Positions 36,488 through 45,733 of a stretch of DNA of 64,000 nucleotides are shown piece by piece; the first letter of the stretch is position 1; every line of letters begins with the position of its first letter. The DNA comes from Bacteroidota bacterium (GTDB lineage Bacteria; Bacteroidota; Bacteroidia; NS11-12g; UBA9320): contig JABIUV010000053.1 of assembly GCA_018700895.1 (NCBI GenBank), positions 8,482 to 72,481 of the forward strand. Direction: 5' to 3'. The translations under genes and the position numbers were made by a program. The notes beneath the pieces are model-generated. The model did no database searches. It was not told where the DNA came from and was given only the letters and a program-made list of their open reading frames with translations.

Positions 36488-37123
36488 CTACTTAAACAAC
36501 GTAGCTCTCCCAAAATCTTTGCAAATAGGACAAGCGAGCGGTTCGTGACCCCGAGCAGGGCAGTACTTTCTACCAAAAAATATAATCTGAAGGTGTACTC
36601 TATTCCAAGTTTCTATAGGGAAAGCGGCTTTTAGGTCTTTTTCTGTTTTGTCTACGTTTTTGCCTGTGCTTAGTTTCCAGCGGTGGGCTAGTCTGTGTAT
36701 GTGTGTATCCACAGGAAAAGCAGGTACACCAAATGCTTGGCTCATAACTACACTAGCTGTTTTGTGACCTACCGCGGGCATCGCCTCTAGCTCCTCAAAA
36801 CTTTGGGGCACTTCTCCACCGTGCTTCTCTATAATCATTTGGCTCAGACCATATATTCCCTTGCTTTTCATAGGAGATAGACCACACGGACGAATGATTT
36901 CTTTTATTTCCTCTACACTCATTTTTACCATATCATACGGATTGTCTGCCTTCGCAAATAGGAGAGGAGTGATTTTATTTACACGCTCGTCGGTACATTG
37001 TGCCGAGAGTAATACGGCTATGAGAAGTGTATAAGGGTCTTTGTGGTCCAGTGGTATGGGGACTACTGGGAATTCGTGCTCCAAAATCTCTAGTATTTTA
37101 CCCGCTCTTTCTTTATTCGTCAT
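36488..37123 (-). CDS. nth: Endonuclease III
   Basis: HhH-GPD region LEAMPAVGHKTASVV, with a C-terminal 4-Cys Fe-S cluster motif. Confidence 0.9.
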   Translation of the reverse strand: MTNKERAGKILEILEHEFPVVPIPLDHKDPYTLLIAVLLSAQCTDERVNKITPLLFAKADNPYDMVKMSVEEIKEIIRPCGLSPMKSKGIYGLSQMIIEKHGGEVPQSFEELEAMPAVGHKTASVVMSQAFGVPAFPVDTHIHRLAHRWKLSTGKNVDKTEKDLKAAFPIETWNRVHLQIIFFGRKYCPARGHEPLACPICKDFGRATLFK

Positions 37124-37985
37124 TTAGTATCTCATCAAAACGTTTGCCTATAAGTGTATTATCTTTACACTCTGTTACGTGACCTTTTCGTATTTTTATT
37201 TCTGTATCTAACTGATTGGTATAGGTGAATTGCGGCGTATGGCCAAAGTTCCAACTCCATGTAGTGTACTTCGTTTTTACTAGCTCGTTGACTTCGTTGT
37301 AGTCCGAAGGAGTTATTTCATTTATTTCCTTAATGTCCAACACGTGATTTAATGTGTCGATGAGTTTAGCTAAGAAAGTCCTCGTGTCTCCTAAGTCGTT
37401 CACCTCTCGCATGTTCATTACAGGGCTGCGTACAGAGTCTACTGCGTGTGTTTTGATTTTCAATGCTTTGGTAGGCCGAATGCTGCCGTTTAACTTTATT
37501 ATATTACTGTCGTAAAGTAGCGTGCCGTGATGTAATATACGTTTTACCTTGCTGTTCACGTGCTCAGCGTTACCGCTTACTTTACGCTCATTTACAAAAA
37601 TATCATTCCGAGGTGAGATTAGGTTTGGTATGCCGAGTGCGGCTAGAGCTTCGCTTATGGGTTCTATGTGTTCTCTGAAATCTACAAAGTCAGAATCTTT
37701 GTTGCGAATGAACGAAAAATTGATATTTCCAGTATCATGAAATACCGTACCCCCTCCGCTCAATCGTCTTATGACCTTATGTTGCCCACTGTTGGGTAGA
37801 GGAGCTAAATTGACCTCTTTCCACGGATTTTGATGTTTGCCAATGACTACTGCATCATCGTTTATGTAAAACAATAAAATATCCTCTTGACTGTGCAATA
37901 CGAGGTATTCCTCTAACGCGAGATTGTAGTATGCGTCTTGGGAGTTAGATTGTATTATGCTTAATTGTTTCAAATAGAGGTACAA
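37113..37985 (-). CDS. lplA: Lipoate-protein ligase family protein
   Basis: Motifs RRLSGGGTVFHDTGNINFSF, KVSGNAEH and HHGTLLYD. Confidence 0.7.
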   Translation of the reverse strand: MYLYLKQLSIIQSNSQDAYYNLALEEYLVLHSQEDILLFYINDDAVVIGKHQNPWKEVNLAPLPNSGQHKVIRRLSGGGTVFHDTGNINFSFIRNKDSDFVDFREHIEPISEALAALGIPNLISPRNDIFVNERKVSGNAEHVNSKVKRILHHGTLLYDSNIIKLNGSIRPTKALKIKTHAVDSVRSPVMNMREVNDLGDTRTFLAKLIDTLNHVLDIKEINEITPSDYNEVNELVKTKYTTWSWNFGHTPQFTYTNQLDTEIKIRKGHVTECKDNTLIGKRFDEILNDE

Positions 37986-38201
37986 AGAAAATAAAGAAGG
38001 TCAAGTTTGTAGGTTAGAAACCGCATTTAGTTCAAATCTTTTGATGATAAAATGCTGGAGACAGCAATTATAAATACAAATATAGATGTAGGTACATTGA
38101 TTTGTTTATTTATTCATTCATATTGCATCGTAAGAATTAATCATAAGTAAAACAAAATTGCAATTAAGATAAAAACTCCTTGTTAGTCAGTGAGTAGCAA
38201 T

Positions 38202-38209
38202 TAGTTTTG
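38202..38209 (+). promoter_or_regulatory. Candidate Bacteroidetes -7 promoter box TAGTTTTG (consensus TAnnTTTG), with CTTG 19 nt upstream
   Basis: Direct match to the known consensus. It lies 12 nt upstream of the conserved 12-mer of RNA-like module A. Confidence 0.25.
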
Positions 38210-38214
38210 TGTTA

Positions 38215-38296
38215 TTAATGGGGGTTAATAAATGATCTAGTCTCTTATTAGACTAGATCGCCGGGTTTTCACATCATTTGAAAGCCCGGTTATTTT
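38215..38296 (+). ncRNA. Candidate small structured RNA, module A (conserved 12-mer, 9-bp hairpin, terminator-like hairpin)
   Basis: GGGGTTAATAAA at 38221-38232. Stem 38234-38242 pairs with 38251-38259. An 11-bp stem, 38261-38271 with 38279-38289, is followed by TTATTTTA. Confidence 0.35.
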
Positions 38297-38552
38297 ATCA
38301 AAAAAATATTTTTTATTCTTTTTTCTGAATGATTTTGAATCAATTATTCGAGTTTATTCCGTCCACTTAATTCATTTATTAAGCTGATATACTATTATTA
38401 ATATTCTGTATATCAAATATTTATGAATAATATTGCCACTCTTGTAAGGTGTGCTGTGCAGATGGTCAATGTTTGAGGGAATGGAGGTTAATGGGCACTT
38501 GAATGTATTTTTTTGATAAAAAATGTGACCTACTCCCAAATGTGCGTCTTTA

Positions 38553-38630
38553 GTGTAGGGGTTAATAAAAGGATCTGCCTGAGGAGGTTAGATCGCCGTA
38601 CTAACAATCAACTTGATAGTACGAAGTTTT
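38553..38630 (+). ncRNA. Candidate small structured RNA, module B (paralogue of module A)
   Basis: GGGGTTAATAAA at 38558-38569. Stem GATCTGCC.../...GGTTAGATC spans 38572-38594. GCCG is followed by stem CGTACTA/TAGTACG (38597-38623) and then AAGTTTT. Confidence 0.3.
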
Positions 38631-38852
38631 GAATTACTCACTGAGTAATTTGAGTTTCATATTGATGAATCTCTGTTCGCTTACATAGCTGCAATATGGT
38701 ATGGATTTGGTACTGTTTTCAGGAATAACTTGGTGTATCACGGTTTTGAGACTTCGCCCGAGAGTTCTACAAGTTGGGTAAATCACGTTGTATACCACCC
38801 ACAAGTATTTAGATATCCCTTGGCCTATATGGAATAATTAGTATTTCAGTCT

Positions 38853-39428
38853 ATGTACTCATTTAAAGGAGATGTGGGGCGATATTATAAGAGTGCGGTA
38901 CGCTACTTAGAGCAGAAAGATGTGAGATTAGCAAATAAACAAGAGCATGATGCCTTAGAATTCGCTCTTCTGAGTTACGATGCATCAGAAGAGCATGATT
39001 GGGAACGTGCCAGAGAACTGGCACTAAAAGCATTATTCCAAACTCAAGATATTTATTTACAGTCAGACCTTAATAATTGCATAGGATACTCCTGGCTTAT
39101 GAACAGAGATTATGATAAAGCTATTGGATACTTTGAAAGGGCATTAGAGTTGAACATTGGTAATGCGTTTGCTTTAGATAATATGGGTTTTAGCTATTTA
39201 CTCTCGGGCGATTTGGAATTAGGCAGGTGGTTTATAGAGAAGGTAATTAGCACAAGTGGCAATGATGAAGGTTATAGCTACAGAAACTTAGCTCTCTATT
39301 ATTGGAAGAAAGGCGACTTGGTTACAGCAGATTCACACTTTCAAAAGGCTATAAAACATAAAGGTATGAAGGTGGATTTATTGGATGAGCTGTATCAAAA
39401 ATTTATAGCGGAATTTGACGTGAAATAA
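38853..39428 (+). CDS. Tetratricopeptide-repeat (TPR) protein, orphan
   Basis: 191 aa with repeated A-x3-[FY]-x2-A-[LI]-x-L/P-like TPR units. An in-frame TAA at 38835-38837 closes the frame upstream. Confidence 0.6.
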   Translation: MYSFKGDVGRYYKSAVRYLEQKDVRLANKQEHDALEFALLSYDASEEHDWERARELALKALFQTQDIYLQSDLNNCIGYSWLMNRDYDKAIGYFERALELNIGNAFALDNMGFSYLLSGDLELGRWFIEKVISTSGNDEGYSYRNLALYYWKKGDLVTADSHFQKAIKHKGMKVDLLDELYQKFIAEFDVK

Positions 39429-39717
39429 AAGAGGGAGTAATTTAATACTCCCCTTACAACTGCTTTCTTCATCACGCTAAATAAGGCTTTTTGAGAAATA
39501 CGCTCGATAATCTTTGCATAGTCTAAGGTCAGAATGATACTAGAGATATTGAACGATGCTAACATTCTAATCCAAGTTATGGTAAAACCCACCTAAATAC
39601 CCTTCGCGGGAAAAATATAGAACACTGATGACGCAGATTAGGCTGATTTGCACTGATTTTTTAGATTAAAATTAAAAACAACTCCATTTTACTTAGATGG
39701 GCTTTACCATTAAGTTA

Positions 39718-40680
39718 TTAACTCTTCCTACTGGCCAACATTTTAACAATCTCTTCCAAGTACGTCTTGTCTCCGGTGGAAGCTATGAAACTGTCCAATG
39801 CAGTCAAACTCTTAGACGTATAATCTTGAGCGAGGTCAAGTGTAAAGTCCTTAGCACCGCTTTCGTCCATTTTGGTTTTTATGAATGCAATAATTTCGGG
39901 TTCAGATTGTGAATAGATAGCTTCTATCTCTTGCTGAGCAGTGGCATCTATTCTGCTCCACATTTCATTCCACAGATAGGTTTTCTTTTTTTCTAAGATA
40001 TCTCCACCAATACGTTTGCCCACTTTGGCAGTTTCGCCAAAGCTATCTAGGTAGTCATCCATTAGCTGAAAACTCAGCCCGATAGAGATTCCTAAGTCGT
40101 ACAGTTTTTCTCCTTCTTCTTTACTTGCACCACCTAATATGGCACCTGCTTGTAAGCTAAATCCGAGTAGTACCGCAGTCTTCTGACGAATCATATCTAA
40201 ATACGCTTCATTACTTACCGCGTCCATCTGCTCAAACTGCATATCGTTCATTTGACCTTCACAAAGTTCACGAGCCGTCTTATTGAAGAGTTTTAGTATT
40301 TCTACATTACCCACTTCTGCCAGCTTCTCGTAGACTTCTATCTGTAGTAAATCTCCTGATAGTATGGCTGTAGCCTCATCCCACTTGATATGCACGGTCT
40401 CTTGACCTCTTCGGAGCGGAGAGTTATCCATGATATCATCGTGCAGCAGCGTAAAGTTATGAAACATCTCCACCGCTTGTGCTACTTGCATCACTTTAGT
40501 TGAGTAGTCGTCTTGGTAAAGCTTGTAAGCTGCCAATACCATTGCTGGGCGAATACGCTTACCACCAAGACTCAGTATGTAGCTAATAGGCTCATACACT
40601 GCTCTAGGCGATCCAGGTTGGTTGATGATATCTGCTATTGAAGGTTCTAGGTCTGTGAGAAGTTGTTTTAGTTTTTGCAC
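39718..40680 (-). CDS. Polyprenyl diphosphate synthase (trans-isoprenyl type)
   Basis: Contains the first and second Asp-rich motifs, LLHDDIMD and MDDYLD. Confidence 0.9.
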   Translation of the reverse strand: MQKLKQLLTDLEPSIADIINQPGSPRAVYEPISYILSLGGKRIRPAMVLAAYKLYQDDYSTKVMQVAQAVEMFHNFTLLHDDIMDNSPLRRGQETVHIKWDEATAILSGDLLQIEVYEKLAEVGNVEILKLFNKTARELCEGQMNDMQFEQMDAVSNEAYLDMIRQKTAVLLGFSLQAGAILGGASKEEGEKLYDLGISIGLSFQLMDDYLDSFGETAKVGKRIGGDILEKKKTYLWNEMWSRIDATAQQEIEAIYSQSEPEIIAFIKTKMDESGAKDFTLDLAQDYTSKSLTALDSFIASTGDKTYLEEIVKMLASRKS

Positions 40681-40775
40681 GCGAGCAAAGTTAATTGGAT
40701 TGTGAAATAGTAAAACCGAAATGTGGTGGTTTTGGTTTTATACGGTTCGAATCACCTGGACTTACTAAATATTGA

Positions 40776-40920
40776 ATTCCAATCATTTCGATTGGAATGA
40801 CGTAAGTGCCTCTTCTCATAAACATAGACTCTTCGCTTTACTCTGAGTCTAACGTAGCAATGATTCTGTGCGTAGCGAAGAATCTCATTTGCATCCTGTC
40901 AAAGTATTTCGTCATTCTAA
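40776..40920. repeat. Cluster of REP-like hairpins: ATTCCAATC/GATTGGAAT, CTCTTCGCTTTACTCT, GATTCT..AGAATC and GTCATTCTAA
   Basis: Direct reading. It shares 14-16-nt blocks with 11748-11763 and 7529-7542. Confidence 0.7.
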
Positions 40921-41404
40921 AGCTAGGCTTTGTAATCCCAATGAGGTAATGTAGCCGTAGTCTAAATCAGAAATATTTACTAAGGACTCTGCAATATGTT
41001 GTACTTGATTACTGTCAAGCAAATCAGATGAAACACAAAACATGAAATCAATGCTAGATTTCTCTGGTTTTTCAAAGTAATTAAGCACGAAGTTGCTTAT
41101 CTTAAAGAAAGTATCTTTTAATTGTAGAATTAAAAGTTAATGAAGAATAGACTTTGGTTTTATGTTTTTTGAATGAGCGTTTAAAAGTCCTCAGAGTCTT
41201 TCCCGAATTTCTATAATTAATGTTAAAACTATCTGGCTTTAGTCCTGAAAGTTTGGATATGTTCTCAATCGTAGTTAAGATGAAAATTTCCATTTCAATC
41301 TCTTTAGCAGATTCTTGGGAGACAACTTTTTAGAGTTTGAGAACCCAATTTTCTTTATTTTTTCTCCAAAATTGTCTCACATTCTACAACTCAATCCTTC
41401 GAAA

Positions 41405-43528
41405 CTAACTGTACCTCTCCTCCACAAACACAAAATCAATATTCCTCTTTGCTAGGTCGGTGTTCTTTACTCGGATACGTACACGTTGTCCCATAGAATA
41501 GGACTTTTTGGTTCGCTCTCCGATTACCTTTTTCTTCTCGGGTAAGAAAGTGTAGTGATCGCCTTTCATATCGCGGAGTCTCACCATTCCTTCACATTTG
41601 TTTTCGAGTATTTCTACAAAGATTCCCCAGTCGGTTACTCCACTGATGATTCCGTCAAACTCTTCACCTTTAAAGCTAGCCATATACTCCACCTGCTTGT
41701 ACTTGGTACTTGCACGCTCGGCTTGCGTAGCTTTTTGCTCTTGCTTACTACTGTGGCTGGCCATTTTTTCTACGTCTCCGTAGTCAAATGATTTACGCTT
41801 GGTTAAGTAGTCTTGTAGCATTCTGTGGGTTATAAGATCTGGATACCTACGAATAGGCGAGGTAAAGTGAGCGTAATGCTCAAATGCCAGACCAAAGTGA
41901 CCTATTTTTTTACTCGTGTAATATGCTTTCTCCATACTACGGATAGCCAGCGGCTGTAGGATGTCACCTTCCAATGTTCCCTCTATTTTGGCTACCATTT
42001 CGTTTATAGAATTGGAATAGGCCTTGTAGCTAGAAGTATCTATCTGAAAACCGAACTCTGCTGCGGTGGTAGCAAATTCGGTGATTTTCTCTTCGCTTGG
42101 TTCCTCGTGTACACGATAGGGTAGAGGCATCTTATCGTTTTTGGTATATAAGTGCATCGCAACATACTTATTTGCTAATAGCATATATTCCTCTATCATC
42201 TTATGAGCATCCTTTCTCACCTTGGGTATTACCGAGGTAGGTGTGCCTTGCTCATCTAGCACAAATCTGAATTCTGTTGTTTCAAAGTTGATAGCACCGT
42301 TCTTGTATCTTGCATTTCTAAGGTTGAGAGCGATGTCATTCATCGTTTCTAGTTCCTTAGCATACTTTCCGGCCTTATTTTCTATGACTTCTTGAGCATC
42401 TTCATACGCAAATCGGTGATCCGAGTAAATGACCGTTTTTGCAAAGCGATATTTCTGCACATTCCCCTTAGCATCTAACTCAAATATGGCTGAAAAGGTG
42501 AGTGATTCCTCATGAGGTCTGAGTGAGCAGAGTCCATTACTCAGTCTCTCCGGTAGCATTGGTATGGTTCTATCTACAAGGTATACTGATGTAGCTCGTT
42601 GTACGGCTTCATTGTCTATGGTATCTCCTGGAGTGACGTAGTGCGATACATCTGCTATGTGCACGCCTATCTCCACATTACCATTGGGCAAGGTCTGGAA
42701 ACTAAGTGCATCATCAAAATCCTTGGCATCGGCAGGGTCTATGGTAAAAGTGGTAATTTTTCTAAAATCTTCACGCTTGGCTATTTCTTTCTCAGAAATT
42801 TCTTTTGGGAATTCGTCTGCGGCGTATTCTACCGCATCGTCAAACTTGGTGTCGAAACCAAACTCAGCTACGATAGCGTGCATCTCTGCCGTATTTTCTC
42901 CTGAGCGTCCGAGTACATCCACTACTGTGGCATACGGATTTTTGGCTTTTGCTGGCCAGTCTCGGTACTTGAAAATGACCTTATCACCATCCGTAGCTCC
43001 GTTTATACGTTCTTTGGGTACAAAGAAGTCGGTGTGCATCTTGTTACCATCTGGTATGATGAAGAAAGCATTTCCTCCGGCTGATACTGTGCCTACATAC
43101 GTTTCTCGTGCCCGCGTGATTACGCGGGTTACAAATGCACGTGGTTTAGTTTTACCTCTCGTGTATTTTAGTTTTACCGCAACCTCATCTCCGTCAAAGG
43201 CATCCAGCGTATCACCTGCTTTTATCTTAATGTCATCTTCTACATTTTCTACCACCAAGTATGCGTCTCCTCTAGAGTTAAAATCGAGAGTGCCGATTAC
43301 TTCGTCTACATTCGTTTGCTCTAGCATATACTTACCACGGTCGGGTTGAGTGATTTTGCCGTCGCGTACCATCATATCTAGTACGTGATTTACTTCTTTG
43401 TAAGAAATATACGGAATTTTAGATCCTATTTGTTTGTAATTAAGGGGTTTGTTGGGTTCGTTGGTGAGTACCTTTAGCACTTCATCATAACTGTTAGGTT
43501 TTCGTGTCCTATTGTTTCTTTTCTTCAA
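41405..43528 (-). CDS. rnr: Ribonuclease R
   Basis: 707 aa. RNB domain with HFGL...YAHFTSPIRRYPDL, plus a C-terminal S1 domain. Confidence 0.9.
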   Translation of the reverse strand: MKKRNNRTRKPNSYDEVLKVLTNEPNKPLNYKQIGSKIPYISYKEVNHVLDMMVRDGKITQPDRGKYMLEQTNVDEVIGTLDFNSRGDAYLVVENVEDDIKIKAGDTLDAFDGDEVAVKLKYTRGKTKPRAFVTRVITRARETYVGTVSAGGNAFFIIPDGNKMHTDFFVPKERINGATDGDKVIFKYRDWPAKAKNPYATVVDVLGRSGENTAEMHAIVAEFGFDTKFDDAVEYAADEFPKEISEKEIAKREDFRKITTFTIDPADAKDFDDALSFQTLPNGNVEIGVHIADVSHYVTPGDTIDNEAVQRATSVYLVDRTIPMLPERLSNGLCSLRPHEESLTFSAIFELDAKGNVQKYRFAKTVIYSDHRFAYEDAQEVIENKAGKYAKELETMNDIALNLRNARYKNGAINFETTEFRFVLDEQGTPTSVIPKVRKDAHKMIEEYMLLANKYVAMHLYTKNDKMPLPYRVHEEPSEEKITEFATTAAEFGFQIDTSSYKAYSNSINEMVAKIEGTLEGDILQPLAIRSMEKAYYTSKKIGHFGLAFEHYAHFTSPIRRYPDLITHRMLQDYLTKRKSFDYGDVEKMASHSSKQEQKATQAERASTKYKQVEYMASFKGEEFDGIISGVTDWGIFVEILENKCEGMVRLRDMKGDHYTFLPEKKKVIGERTKKSYSMGQRVRIRVKNTDLAKRNIDFVFVEERYS

Positions 43529-43535
43529 TGTATTT

Positions 43536-45176
43536 TTACTTTATGCTGTGCTCCAGAAGTGTCTTAGTGTAGTCACTTTGCGGAGCAGAAATCAGCCTTT
43601 CTGTTTTTCCAATCTCTACTATTTTACCTTGTTTCAGCACCACAATTTTGTTGCAGAAATAGCTTACCACATTCATATCGTGGCTAATAAGCAGGTAAGT
43701 GAGACCATTTTTTCTCTTAAGGTCATTCAGCAGATTTAAAACTTTGGCTTGTACACTGACGTCAAGTGCACTTACGGCCTCGTCTAAAACTATAATTTTG
43801 GGATTTTTGGCGAGTGATTTGGCTATGCATATTCGTTGCCTTTGGCCACCAGAAAACTCGTGAGGATATTTATCAAAATCAGAAGCTGTTAGACCTACTT
43901 CTTGCAGCAAAAGTACAACTTTATTTCTTAGCTGTTCTTTGGATGCCCTTTTGTCTATGGTCCGGAGTACTTCGCTTATCGCCTTTCCTATTTTATGTTT
44001 GGGATTCAAACTGCTAAATGGGTCTTGAAATACCAATTGAATGTCATTAGATAAATCGGATATATTCTTTATATCCTTATCATCATAGTAAATCTCACCT
44101 TGAGTAGCTTCCCATATTTTCAAAATTAGCTTGGCGATGGTGCTTTTGCCACTGCCGCTCTCGCCTATCAGACCTACGATGTCACCTTGGTGTATGGTGA
44201 TATCAATATCGTGTAAAACCTTTGTTTCTTGTGTACTAAATAGTGAGTGCGTAAAATGTGATTTTTCTACTCCTCTCAATTTCAATAATTCAACGGAGCT
44301 ATCTTCTTCTTCACTTAGTACTTGGGTTTCAGGTTCTACGAATTTTAGCACACCTTCGTTGTCCTCTAATAAATGATCTATTTCTGCTAAGCTGTTCCCA
44401 CGTTGTTTATACGTTGCTCTGCTTCTCAATAGAGCCTTCGTGTAAGGATGTTGGGGATTGCTTAGGACGTGAGATGCTTCGTTTATTTCTACCATACTAC
44501 CGTGGTACATTACGGCAATATTATCAGCGAAACCACTTAGTGAGAGCAGGTCGTGGGTTATAAATAGTACGGCCATTTGTTCATCCCTACTTAGTTTTTT
44601 GATAAGTTGGAGTATTTCCGTTTGTACGGCAATATCGAGAGCGGTAGTAGGCTCATCAGCAATGAGTAGTTTGGGTTTTTTGGCGAGAGCCATAGCTATC
44701 ATTATACGTTGACGCTGGCCACCACTTAACTCGTGGGGATAGCTGCTTGCCATACGCTGGGTGTCTGTAAGTTCTACTTTGTGCAATAATGAGGTGAGGT
44801 GCTCGTCAGACTTGTCCGTTGTACATTCCAGTATTTGTTTGCCACAAGTAATCAGCGGATTAAGTGCGGTCATAGGTTCTTGAAAAATATAGGAAATTTC
44901 TCCTCTACGGATGGCTTGGAGGGTTTTTATATCACAGGTTAATAAGTCTGTCTCTGCTTTTTGTTGGTAAAATTTAACTTGCCCTTTACACCTCGCTTCG
45001 TCTATAAGGCGAGTGATGGCTTGACTCGTTACAGATTTACCACTACCACTTTCGCCAATCAGGCCAAGTATTTCTCCAGCGGCTAAAGAAAAAGATACGT
45101 TTTTTACTGCTTCGAAGGAAGATTTGTCATCTATATCAAAGCTTACGCCAAAAGATTGTACATCGAGTATCTTCAA
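43536..45176 (-). CDS. ABC transporter ATP-binding protein with two fused ATPase domains (oligopeptide/dipeptide type)
   Basis: GESGSGKS occurs twice and LSGGQRQR twice. Confidence 0.85.
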   Translation of the reverse strand: MKILDVQSFGVSFDIDDKSSFEAVKNVSFSLAAGEILGLIGESGSGKSVTSQAITRLIDEARCKGQVKFYQQKAETDLLTCDIKTLQAIRRGEISYIFQEPMTALNPLITCGKQILECTTDKSDEHLTSLLHKVELTDTQRMASSYPHELSGGQRQRIMIAMALAKKPKLLIADEPTTALDIAVQTEILQLIKKLSRDEQMAVLFITHDLLSLSGFADNIAVMYHGSMVEINEASHVLSNPQHPYTKALLRSRATYKQRGNSLAEIDHLLEDNEGVLKFVEPETQVLSEEEDSSVELLKLRGVEKSHFTHSLFSTQETKVLHDIDITIHQGDIVGLIGESGSGKSTIAKLILKIWEATQGEIYYDDKDIKNISDLSNDIQLVFQDPFSSLNPKHKIGKAISEVLRTIDKRASKEQLRNKVVLLLQEVGLTASDFDKYPHEFSGGQRQRICIAKSLAKNPKIIVLDEAVSALDVSVQAKVLNLLNDLKRKNGLTYLLISHDMNVVSYFCNKIVVLKQGKIVEIGKTERLISAPQSDYTKTLLEHSIK

Positions 45177-45182
45177 GTGAAT

Positions 45183-45659
45183 TTATCTTAACCTATCCAT
45201 TGAACGAACAAGTCGCTCGTCTTTTTGTATTCCTCTCAGAGCTAAGAAATTAAAGAAGATTAATGCAAGCGGGAGTAAAGCAGCAAAGGTGTGTGATCGT
45301 GCAGCATCTTGCCCTTCAAAGTAATCCATGTTCAAGGAGAACATATACATCATTACGATAAGTCCGAGTATGAATAAGAAGTTAAATGAAGTAAGCAATG
45401 TTTGCAATTTTCGGTTCTTAAAACTAAATAGTGTAACTAAGCTCAGGACGGCAATTGCCGCCGCAAAAGATACCAGTGGACTATTTGCCTCCTTGGCAGT
45501 GCCATCAGCAGCTATCATCTCGGTTTCGTCATATTCTACATTGTACTTTTCTTTGGTGACATTATTTTCGGCGGTATAAAATACTGTATCAGAAAACATC
45601 ATCATTACGCAGATGGCGATAGTCGCCAAAAAGAATAGTGTTTGTGGTCGCTGTATCAT
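45183..45659 (-). CDS. DUF4293-type membrane protein
   Basis: The start is set at MIQRPQTLFFL (45659), typical of the family. Four TM segments. Confidence 0.55.
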   Translation of the reverse strand: MIQRPQTLFFLATIAICVMMMFSDTVFYTAENNVTKEKYNVEYDETEMIAADGTAKEANSPLVSFAAAIAVLSLVTLFSFKNRKLQTLLTSFNFLFILGLIVMMYMFSLNMDYFEGQDAARSHTFAALLPLALIFFNFLALRGIQKDERLVRSMDRLR

Positions 45660-45733
45660 AAGGCACAAATGTAAACAATAAGGAGGCTTTGATGTTTTAT
45701 CTTTGACCAATAAATAGGCGATTTGCCCACAAT

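Noticed and set aside
38218-38235. Mini-ORF ATG GGG GTT AAT AAA TGA (MGVNK) overlapping the conserved 12-mer of RNA-like module A
   Set aside because: The paralogous module B reads GTG TAG GGG... in the same register, so the reading frame is not conserved. The conservation is at the nucleotide and structure level.
39395-39592. 65-aa minus-strand ORF downstream of the TPR gene
   Set aside because: It overlaps the 3' end of the TPR gene and its terminator-like hairpin. I recognise no family motif, and it is likely spurious.
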